From Chthonomonadaceae bacterium (GTDB lineage: Bacteria > Armatimonadota > Chthonomonadetes > Chthonomonadales > Chthonomonadaceae): a DNA stretch of 34,522 nt. Each line of letters starts with the position of its first letter. Positions within the stretch are counted from its first letter, which is position 1. The stretch covers positions 1-34,522 of the forward strand of contig DASRGZ010000093.1 in the NCBI GenBank assembly GCA_035650735.1, read 5' to 3'. The translations under genes and the position numbers were made by a program. Under the pieces are notes generated by a model. The model was not told where the DNA came from. It ran no database searches and was given only the letters and a program-made list of their open reading frames with translations. This document shows positions 18,913 through 26,514 of this stretch, one piece after another.

Positions 18913-19526
18913 GCTTCTTCTCCTTCTGATTCGAGTTCCTGCACAGCCTCCATGTCTTGGAGGTCGCGAAGATGAGAATAGAGATAGGCGAGCAGATAGT
19001 CTCTCGCGCTATAAGCTGGAAGATAACTGCCTGGCTCCGGCGGAAAGAGGTAAACAAACTCAGGCCAGGTAACAAGACCGCGCCGGACAAAGTTTAGGAA
19101 TACTCCGCGCAATTCCGTTGGCCGCTGGACTCTTGCCAAGTCGTTTGCGGCACGCTTCCCCCGGTCGGCACTTAAAATCTTCTCCCCGGCACGCTCCACT
19201 ATCTCCAGCAGGGGATGTTTTTCGCCCTGCCGCGGCTGTAGGACTCCGGGCCATCGAAGAAACGGACGCTGAAGGGCTTCTGCGTGCGTCCGCTCGTAGA
19301 TGCATGCTAGAAGATAGTCGCGCGCGGCAAAGGGCGCTGAGCGGTCTGTAGGTGGAACTAGCAATTGGTACTCCTCATCGGTCATCATGCCCCGCCGAAC
19401 AAGGCTAAGCAGAATCTGGACCGGTGGCTCATCTCCTCTCAACGCTAAAACCGCTTTCTTCATATCCTCATGCTCAAATATCCGCTCGGATACTTGCTCT
19501 ATGGCACGGACGAAATCTCCGCTCAT
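18909..19526 (-). CDS. cas11: Putative internally translated Cas11 small subunit (205 aa, two tandem domains)
   Basis: In-frame ATG (Cas8 M348) preceded by GGAGGT at 7-nt spacing. Internal Cas11 translation from cas8 is established for I-B/I-C/I-D. Confidence 0.65.
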   Translation of the reverse strand: MSGDFVRAIEQVSERIFEHEDMKKAVLALRGDEPPVQILLSLVRRGMMTDEEYQLLVPPTDRSAPFAARDYLLACIYERTHAEALQRPFLRWPGVLQPRQGEKHPLLEIVERAGEKILSADRGKRAANDLARVQRPTELRGVFLNFVRRGLVTWPEFVYLFPPEPGSYLPAYSARDYLLAYLYSHLRDLQDMEAVQELESEGEEA

Positions 19527-20567
19527 CCCCAGAACCTCCGTTGCGTAGAGACTATGCGCCTCCCAACCTCCGCGCAGGCGAGGCGGCTGATCCTTACTGG
19601 CACGAATGCAGCAGATACGTACAATCGGCTCCCGTGCCAGCATCTTGGTGGCTACTCGCCAACAGGTCTGCTCGTTTTCCAACACCTCCCGCTGAAAGCG
19701 ATCTACTCCACGATCGCTGCTGTGTAGTGCATTGAAATAACGAAATAGTTCGTGCGGCAAGTCCTGCCCAGAGATGCTGGCACTACGGTTATCATTGGAG
19801 AAAACATAAGCTGTAATGGGAAGGGGACTTGATGAAATCCTGGTTTGCGCAAGCAGATTGCCGCTGGTCATAATGTCGCGTATGAGGGCAACGAAAGCTG
19901 CCGCTGGCGTCCTTGCCGCCACGCGCCAATCGCCAAAGAAGCCTAGGCCGGCGTTCTGGGCTATCAAGGACTCTATGCGCCGAATGGTTCGTTGGGCGCA
20001 AGCGATGGCGATCTCCTCGTCTGCCGTGTGAATGAACCAGAAGAGTCCCTCGTCCGTGCCCGTTCTGAGCACCGAGAGCGGAAAGAACTCCAACGCTAGG
20101 GCGGTAGCAGCGCTAACACAATGACCTTCTTGATGGCCTGGGTGAAAATTCCGTTTTCCCTTGCTATCCACTAAGGGAAACTCGTCATTCCCGACTCGGA
20201 ACTGTCCGACGCCTCCATCTACAAAGCAGGCCTCCAGGTCGGAGGCGCTTTCGCCGAGGACTGCCTCCCACTTTGTTCTTACCTTCCGGGCGTACCGGTC
20301 TGCCTTTTCGGAAGGCTTACCGGATGGATTGGCATGGGGGCCATTTGGAAAGATGACGGACATCTCGCTAGTGGCAAATACCGATTTTTTCTTTCCTTGC
20401 AGCCTCTCTTTGAATGCAGAAGGACTGGTCATGATACGCAACAGTCTTTGGACTGCCCGGCCTACCGCTTCTGTATCCAGCTCCGATAAGCTAGCAACGT
20501 CGGCAGCCGCGCACATCCCTGCAATCCCAGCATCTACAAACGGCTGGCCCGTAAAACGGAAATTCAT
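18909..20567 (-). CDS. cas8: Cas8 large subunit (Cst1/Cas8a1-Cas8b-like)
   Basis: N-terminal FTGQPFVDAG, FPN motif, position between cas6 and cas7. Confidence 0.85.
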   Translation of the reverse strand: MNFRFTGQPFVDAGIAGMCAAADVASLSELDTEAVGRAVQRLLRIMTSPSAFKERLQGKKKSVFATSEMSVIFPNGPHANPSGKPSEKADRYARKVRTKWEAVLGESASDLEACFVDGGVGQFRVGNDEFPLVDSKGKRNFHPGHQEGHCVSAATALALEFFPLSVLRTGTDEGLFWFIHTADEEIAIACAQRTIRRIESLIAQNAGLGFFGDWRVAARTPAAAFVALIRDIMTSGNLLAQTRISSSPLPITAYVFSNDNRSASISGQDLPHELFRYFNALHSSDRGVDRFQREVLENEQTCWRVATKMLAREPIVRICCIRASKDQPPRLRGGWEAHSLYATEVLGMSGDFVRAIEQVSERIFEHEDMKKAVLALRGDEPPVQILLSLVRRGMMTDEEYQLLVPPTDRSAPFAARDYLLACIYERTHAEALQRPFLRWPGVLQPRQGEKHPLLEIVERAGEKILSADRGKRAANDLARVQRPTELRGVFLNFVRRGLVTWPEFVYLFPPEPGSYLPAYSARDYLLAYLYSHLRDLQDMEAVQELESEGEEA

Positions 20568-21337
20568 TTAGCTACCTCCACCATGCCGAACCCCCCCGAA
20601 TTCTTCTCTCCTAAGCCGCAGTTCCAGGCGGTCTGCATCAGTTCCGGTGAGCCGGTGAGGATGAAGGGGACATAGGCCGCCACGATGTCAATGTCCTTGA
20701 AGGTCATCTTCTTAGTCCCCCCGTGTGGGTCCCGCGCCAGGTAGGCCCGGTCGAAGGTCAGGGTCAGGCGGTCGTCTTTCGGCGGGCGTCCATAGAGTAG
20801 TTCGTATTTGCGCACCAGATTGCGACGCACCGCCTCAGAAAATTCTTCTGTCTCCGCAGGGCGCAGGTAGCGCGTGCCCCCCTCCGGACCGGGAACCGAC
20901 GCCACTATCGGCGATAAGCAGGTAAACCGGACCACACCCCCTGAGAAGTCCGGGGCCGGCAGCGCCTCCACCTGTGCAATCGCCAGCGAGGCCGCGCCGA
21001 GTTGCAGCCTTCCACTCGCCAACAGCCCCGTCGCGCTGTGCGTTAGGAAGGCTTCCACGGGCGAGGACAGATACCAGGCCACCGGCCCGGGAGCCAGCCA
21101 GAGCCGCCCCCCTTCTACCCGCAGTCCCTTCCGACTGGCAGGCCGCAGCCAGGAGAAGACGAAGAGCTTAAAGCGCTTGGGGCCGCCATCGAGGGCGTAG
21201 CCCTGCTCATGCAGAAAGCGCGAATAGTCGGCATCCGAGGCTTCCAGCAGATGATAGACCGCTCCGGTCAGCAGATGCTGGTAGTTAACCGGCAGGCATG
21301 CCTCTTGGGGATTAGCAAAAGTGATCTTGAGTCTCAT
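20564..21337 (-). CDS. cas6: Cas6 endoribonuclease
   Basis: LPVNYQH, FLHEQGY, KLFVFS, C-terminal GLGEKNSGGFG. Confidence 0.96.
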   Translation of the reverse strand: MRLKITFANPQEACLPVNYQHLLTGAVYHLLEASDADYSRFLHEQGYALDGGPKRFKLFVFSWLRPASRKGLRVEGGRLWLAPGPVAWYLSSPVEAFLTHSATGLLASGRLQLGAASLAIAQVEALPAPDFSGGVVRFTCLSPIVASVPGPEGGTRYLRPAETEEFSEAVRRNLVRKYELLYGRPPKDDRLTLTFDRAYLARDPHGGTKKMTFKDIDIVAAYVPFILTGSPELMQTAWNCGLGEKNSGGFGMVEVAK

Positions 21338-21423
21338 GGGCGTAGAATAGCAAACAGACCATTACAGGATCATTACCTGCCAAAAGACCGTTCTCAAGCG
21401 CATGATCGTAGGATAACATAGTC

Positions 21424-21447
21424 GGATGGACACCTGCCTGTCCATCC
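21424..21447. promoter_or_regulatory. Palindromic operator candidate upstream of cas6
   Basis: Perfect 9-bp inverted repeat GGATGGACA-N6-TGTCCATCC, next to a candidate extended -10 (TGTTATCCT on -). Confidence 0.6.
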
Positions 21448-21468
21448 CCTGAGAAGGGACAGGAATTT

Positions 21469-22479
21469 TCAGGGATTTTCGGGCTCGGCATAGAGAGCGG
21501 CCAGAGCCTGGACTTCCTGAGCCATGCGCGCCCGCAGTTCTGGTCCGCCCAATACCTGCGCGTGCGAGCGCCACGAGAGCAGCTCCCGCACGATCCCGTC
21601 CAGCCCTCGCACCTGGCCCCGCAGCAGGATGGCTCCCGGCACGGCAGGGTCCTCGGTGATCCGGGCCGCAAACGGCCAGCGACGCGCGCGGGCAAAGGGG
21701 GCCACCTCCGCATCAAAGCGCACCACAACCGCCACCGGCGTCCCGCCCCGCAGACCGCCCACCACCCCCTGGCTGGTCAGCTTCCAGGGCCGTTTGATAA
21801 AGGTCTGTCCGGTGGGAACGGCCTCATAGATACGGTCGAGGGCGAAGACGAGCACCTGTTGCCGGCGATGGCACCAGGCGTGCAGCTCCAGATACCGCCC
21901 CTCCCGCCGATCTAAGGCATAAGGGTCAACACAACGGCGCTGGCAGGTCTGGCTGCGGTAGCTCTCGTAGAGGATCTCCAGCGTCTGCCGTTGCTGGATA
22001 GCCTGGAGCAACACGCCCATCGGAGCGTGGGAGTAGTCGCGGGCCAGGCCCTGGGTCTCGGCGATGCCGCCGGCCAGCGCCTCCATCTGCGCGCGCAGCC
22101 CCGGCGTCAGCCCGGCACTCACCTTCTCCAGGGCCGCCCGGATCTCTTCGGCAAAGGGCAGCGGCGCGGAGGTATTGCTCAGCAGGCCGCGCACCAGCGA
22201 GAGCGCCAGGACATCGGTGGCCGACAGGGAGGCGACGGGCAGCTTCCAGCCCTTCTCCGGCAGGACATAGGCACGGAGGGCCTGGTCGTAGCGAAGAGGC
22301 ACCTGGGCTTGCTGGAGGCAGTCGAGGTCGCGCTGGATGGTCTTTTTGGAGCAGTCGCAGGCAGCTGCCAGTTCCGAAAGGCCCAGGGGTTCAAAGGGAG
22401 CGCGGGAGGCGAGCAGGGTGAGGATACGGAAGAGCCGCACGGCCCGCGGATAGGTGTCGGAGTTGAAGTAAACGGCCAT
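21469..22479 (-). CDS. HTH-WYL-WCX transcriptional regulator
   Basis: wHTH ELAAACDCSKKTIQRDL; WYL core Y.S....RRCVDPYAL..YLELHAWCHRRQQVLVFALDRI; C-terminal VLGGPELR. Confidence 0.92.
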   Translation of the reverse strand: MAVYFNSDTYPRAVRLFRILTLLASRAPFEPLGLSELAAACDCSKKTIQRDLDCLQQAQVPLRYDQALRAYVLPEKGWKLPVASLSATDVLALSLVRGLLSNTSAPLPFAEEIRAALEKVSAGLTPGLRAQMEALAGGIAETQGLARDYSHAPMGVLLQAIQQRQTLEILYESYRSQTCQRRCVDPYALDRREGRYLELHAWCHRRQQVLVFALDRIYEAVPTGQTFIKRPWKLTSQGVVGGLRGGTPVAVVVRFDAEVAPFARARRWPFAARITEDPAVPGAILLRGQVRGLDGIVRELLSWRSHAQVLGGPELRARMAQEVQALAALYAEPENP

Positions 22480-22763
22480 AGGAACCGACCTGCAAAAGGA
22501 AAGTGAGGAAGCTCTTCAGCCTCTGCTACAGGGTTAAGCAGCAGAGCAGACATATCCTCCTCCATTTTGACGTTTTTTTTCGGCAGGTCGCAGTTAGAGA
22601 GAGTTAGCCCGCAAAGAAGTAGCAGAGGAGAGGGGATGCCGCACCACACAACGCTTGTCGGAGGGAGAAGAGGATGCGGTAGGAGATCGACATTGCGTCT
22701 GGGATCACCAGGCTTTTTCTACTTTTCACTATCTCCCTTTCGCGGCTACCCGCTAATTTCTAA

Positions 22764-23785
22764 CTACACCAACCGCTTTCGCTTCTGCGTTCGTTTGCTG
22801 CTCAAAATCCCTCGGACGATGCCGACTTCCTCATGCTTTTGCCGCAGGAAATTGCTGTTGATCTCTTTGTAGATGAAGGTGGTCTTGGGGTCTTTGTGTC
22901 CAGCCATGCGCTGCGCGAACATCAGTCCGCCCTGTTCGGCCATGCCGTTGATGCTGAAGCGGCGCTGGGAGTGATTGTTGATGCCCTCCGGGAGCTTGGC
23001 GAACTCACGGACTTTTGTGAGGCTGCGCAGGTAATTGCGTTTATCCACCCTCGTCCCAGTCTCGGAAATGAAGAGCCAGCCCTCGTCTTCTTCCGGTGGC
23101 ACGTTACTCATCACCCGCTTCCTAATTCTAAGCCACTGGTCAATCGCGGTCTCGCACTCTGGGGATACCGGCAGGATACGCGGCTCCCTTCCTTTGGACT
23201 CCCGCACGACCAGTTGACGCCCTCTCACGCTCATCTGATAGTCTTCCAGCTTGAAGGCGAAAATCTCCCCGATCCGGCAGGCGCTATCCAGTTTGACCAG
23301 CTCGATGGCGTAGTTGCGGTCGCGGTGAAAGCTGCGCTTCGCGGCGGACGTATACTTCACCGCCGCAGAGTTCTTCTGGAGGTCGTAGAAATCCAGGATG
23401 CCTTGCAGGAGCGCCTGGACGTTTTCCGGGGTGGGCATGTACTTGTAGGTTTTGGGGGCGCTCCTCACTTTGTACTCCGCCAAGGGGTCCCGGTCCAGGA
23501 GGTCGTTGCGTTTGCACCACTCGGTGAAGACGGTGGCGACTAAAGCGTCATGGTGGAGGGTGGTGGGGGCTTTGCCCGCTTGGGCGCGGGAGACGAGGTA
23601 TTCGTCGAGGTGGCGCTTGGTGAAGCGGTCGGGGGGGGGATGCCTTGCTCATTGGCCCAAAGGGGGAGGGCTTTGGCGTAGGTTTCGTACCAGAGAGCGG
23701 TTGGGAGGGAGCGGGTGGCCCGTTTATGGAGGACAAACCCGCGCATGGCTTCTTCCCAGGTAACGACAGAGTAAGCAGTGACCAT
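22764..23785 (-). pseudogene. Tyrosine recombinase/integrase, frameshifted in a C9 tract (23631-23639)
   Basis: The N-terminal frame (MVTAYS..NEQGIP) continues in another frame (DRFTKRHLDEYL..DPLAEYK) into ORF 22764-23483. Catalytic R (ACRIGE), K (SKGR), HxxR (HSQR), H (AGH) and Y (TTFIY) are present. Confidence 0.85.
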
Positions 23786-23815
23786 TGGAGTTCTCTTAAC
23801 TTTCTAGTTACCGCC

Positions 23816-23845
23816 AGATTAGCCGTAACGCGCAAGGACTGTCAA
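23816..23845 (-). promoter_or_regulatory. sigma70-type promoter of the integrase
   Basis: TTGACA-18-TAATCT. Confidence 0.6.
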
Positions 23846-23867
23846 GAGAACACAATGATTCAGAGTA

Positions 23868-23940
<73 letters not shown>

Positions 23941-23958
23941 AAACGTTGGAACGGGCGT

Positions 23959-23987
23959 ATTGTACCCGAAGTGCGCCAGTTTGTCAA
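23959..23987 (-). promoter_or_regulatory. sigma70 promoter of tRNA-Phe
   Basis: TTGACA-17-TACAAT. Confidence 0.8.
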
Positions 23988-24000
23988 GAAGCTGCCAGGG

Positions 24001-24083
24001 CGGGAGTGTCGAATCCGTTGCAGGCAAGTTCTTGCCTTGACTGCACAGAACCGCACTCACCTGCAAGAGGTTAGCCACTCCCG
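24001..24083. repeat. 83-bp MITE-like palindromic element, copy 1
   Basis: Imperfect ~23-bp terminal inverted repeats (GGGAGTG...CACTCCC), flanked by the 7-bp direct repeat GCCAGGG (23994-24000, 24084-24090). Confidence 0.7.
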
Positions 24084-24279
24084 GCCAGGGTGTTTGGCTG
24101 TCATTCTCCCCATTGCCCGGCCACGGCGGATTCCCGGCGAGGATGAGGAGACCTCTCCGTCCCTATAGGGCGCATCCTGCCCTTCCGGCATCAGGATAAG
24201 CGTACTGGGCAGGGACAGAAGAGGAGTCCAGGCGGTTCTTAAAAAGACAGGCCGGTTTTAGCGTTGCGGCGCGGAGACG

Positions 24280-25293
24280 TTAGGGGCTGGAGGCCGCTTC
24301 CACGTCGAAGACCAGGCCGACGCATTGCCGCCAGGCATCCAGCACGGCCATATTGCCCAGGCTGTCTTCCCAGGTCATGCAGGGTGGAGGCGCCTGCCGC
24401 GCATCCAGATAGCGGGCGACCGTGTCCGCCTCGATAGAGTAGAGGCCCGCGCCGCCCTCCACCATGATCTCGGTTGGGGCCGCTTCTCCGGCCTTCTGGA
24501 GGAGGATTTTATTGTCGCTCTCGCCAGGGAACCAGGGATTGGGAACGCGGATATGGCCCGCAGAGCCCCAGATGCGTAGCTCGCTATCCACGGAGACCTG
24601 CGTGCCGCAGGCGAGGTTGGCGACGATGCCGCCGGGGAACTTCAGGCTGGCGGTCGCCTGCTCGTCTACCCGGCTGATCGGGCCGATATGCGCGACACCC
24701 ACCACCACTTCCGGCTCGCTTCCGGCGATCAGCCGCGCCATAGAGGTCGTGTAGCAGCCTACGTCCATGATGCCGCCGCCTGCCGCCGGGTTGGAAAGCC
24801 GGATGTTGTCGTACTGCGGCCCCATATTATAACTGAAGTTGGACTGGATCAGCCGCACGTCGCCAATCGCCTTCTCGTCAATAAGCTGCTTCAGCCGCGC
24901 CGTCTGTGGATGGCAGCGGTACATGAACGCTTCCATCATAAAGACATCGTGCTTCCTGACGGCCTCGATCACCTGGACGGCCTCGGCGTGGTTGACGGTG
25001 AGCGGCTTTTCGCAGAGGATATGCTTCCCCGCTTCGGCGCATCGGATCGTCCATTCGGCGTGCAGGTGGTTGGGCAGCGAGATATAGATAGCCTCAACTT
25101 CGGGATCGGCGACAAGGGCCGCATAGGAGGCGTGGCGGCGCGGCACGTTGAACTCCGCGCCAAATCGGTCGGCGGTCTCCTGTGCGCGGCTGCCGACGGC
25201 GACAAGTTCGCCGGTCTGGGAGCCGGCGATCCCTTTGGCAAAGGTCTGCGCGATACGGCCTGTTCCCATAATGCCCCATTTGAGCTTGCTCAT
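24280..25293 (-). CDS. Gfo/Idh/MocA family oxidoreductase
   Basis: WGIMGTGRIA, GKHILCEKP, GGGIMDVGCY. Confidence 0.93.
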   Translation of the reverse strand: MSKLKWGIMGTGRIAQTFAKGIAGSQTGELVAVGSRAQETADRFGAEFNVPRRHASYAALVADPEVEAIYISLPNHLHAEWTIRCAEAGKHILCEKPLTVNHAEAVQVIEAVRKHDVFMMEAFMYRCHPQTARLKQLIDEKAIGDVRLIQSNFSYNMGPQYDNIRLSNPAAGGGIMDVGCYTTSMARLIAGSEPEVVVGVAHIGPISRVDEQATASLKFPGGIVANLACGTQVSVDSELRIWGSAGHIRVPNPWFPGESDNKILLQKAGEAAPTEIMVEGGAGLYSIEADTVARYLDARQAPPPCMTWEDSLGNMAVLDAWRQCVGLVFDVEAASSP

Positions 25294-25319
25294 GAGCCTC
25301 TGTTCTCTCCTTCCTCATA

Positions 25320-25400
25320 GGGAGTGCCGAATCGGTTGCCGGCGTCTTTGCGCTCTCGCTGAATAGGGACGAACTTACCTGCAAGAGGTTCGCCACTCCC
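25320..25400. repeat. MITE-like palindromic element, copy 2
   Basis: GGGAGTGCCGAATCGGTTGC...ACCTGCAAGAGGTTCGCCACTCCC; same orientation as copy 1 with a diverged centre. Confidence 0.7.
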
Positions 25401-25408
25401 CTCTTATA

Positions 25409-26479
25409 TTATAGAGTCACCCAGCGCCCGTTCTGGTGCGACTCGATAGCCGCTGCCATGACCTCCTGGACTTTGAGGCCGTCGGTGAAGTCCGGTGCGA
25501 CGGGCTGGCCCTTCCGGATGGCCTCGATGAAGTAGCGATCTCCGACCGGCTGCGTGGTAAAGACGCTAAAGGGGTCGCTGCGGTCCGCGCCTTCCCAGAG
25601 ACGATCCGGCACGGGAAGCGGTTGGAAAGCCACCTCGCCCTGCCGCACGCCACGAATCTCCATGCCCTTCAGAGCCGGGCCGGCTTCGAGCGTGCCGCCC
25701 TCGCCGTGCAGCTCGATCCGCTGCTGTATCTCGCGCTCACCGACGTGAGCGACGACGCTGACATGGATGATCCCCTGCGCGCCGTTGACGAACTCGAGGG
25801 CAAGCAGGACCGAGTCGCTGGCGGCGGCCTGCCCCGAACCATCTGGGCCGGGCCGCTCTACGTGCGTCGTGAGGTGTGCGCTCACGCGGGCGATGTCCCC
25901 GACGTACCAGCGCGCCAGGTCAATGGCATGGGAGCCGAGATCGCCCAGGACACCGTGCGCGCGGGCCGAATCGAACCGCCAGTTGTACTGCCCGGAGCGG
26001 CCATATCCCATAAAGTGCTGGATAGAGCAGTGGAAGCAGCGCCCAATAAAGCCTTCCGCAACCAGCTCCTTCAGATAGCGGTGGGTGGGCAGCCAGCGCG
26101 AGGTGAAGAAGACCATGTTCCGAACCCCCGACGCCTCTGCTTTCCGGGCCATCTCGCCTGCCTGCGCGACAGTGAGCGCCAGGGGCTTTTCGCACAGGAC
26201 GTGCAGACCGGCCTCCAGCGCCTGCATGGTGATGGGGTAGTGCAGGTCGTCGGGTGCGGCGACCACCAGCGCGTCGAGATCCGCCTGCCCGATCATCTCC
26301 TGATAATTGCTAAATATGCGTGGGATGGAGTATTTGGCAGCCAGAGCCGCCGCGCGCTCCCGGTTGCGGCCACATAGCGCGGCGATTTCGGCCTCCGGAC
26401 GGCTTTTCAGGCTGGGCAGGTGCATCCAGTCGGCGTACCAACTGGTGCCTACCACTCCAACACGCACCCTGGCGCTCAT
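25409..26479 (-). CDS. Gfo/Idh/MocA family oxidoreductase
   Basis: VGVVGT, GLHVLCEKP, GVLGDLGSHAID. Start set at ATG 26479 behind an AAGGAG RBS. Confidence 0.92.
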   Translation of the reverse strand: MSARVRVGVVGTSWYADWMHLPSLKSRPEAEIAALCGRNRERAAALAAKYSIPRIFSNYQEMIGQADLDALVVAAPDDLHYPITMQALEAGLHVLCEKPLALTVAQAGEMARKAEASGVRNMVFFTSRWLPTHRYLKELVAEGFIGRCFHCSIQHFMGYGRSGQYNWRFDSARAHGVLGDLGSHAIDLARWYVGDIARVSAHLTTHVERPGPDGSGQAAASDSVLLALEFVNGAQGIIHVSVVAHVGEREIQQRIELHGEGGTLEAGPALKGMEIRGVRQGEVAFQPLPVPDRLWEGADRSDPFSVFTTQPVGDRYFIEAIRKGQPVAPDFTDGLKVQEVMAAAIESHQNGRWVTL

Positions 26480-26514
26480 GGTCGTCTCCTTTGTACTACC
26501 CATCCGCCCTCCGC

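Noticed and set aside
236..22479. IS21 next to CRISPR-Cas as a CRISPR-associated transposon
   Set aside because: The IS is self-contained within its own ends, Cas3 and the adaptation genes are intact, and there is no TniQ/TnsD-like gene.
22480..22763. CreA/CreR-like mini-array in the intergenic regions (also 21338-21468 and 8167-8249)
   Set aside because: No convincing repeat-like sequence by eye; a sensitive profile search would be needed to exclude it.
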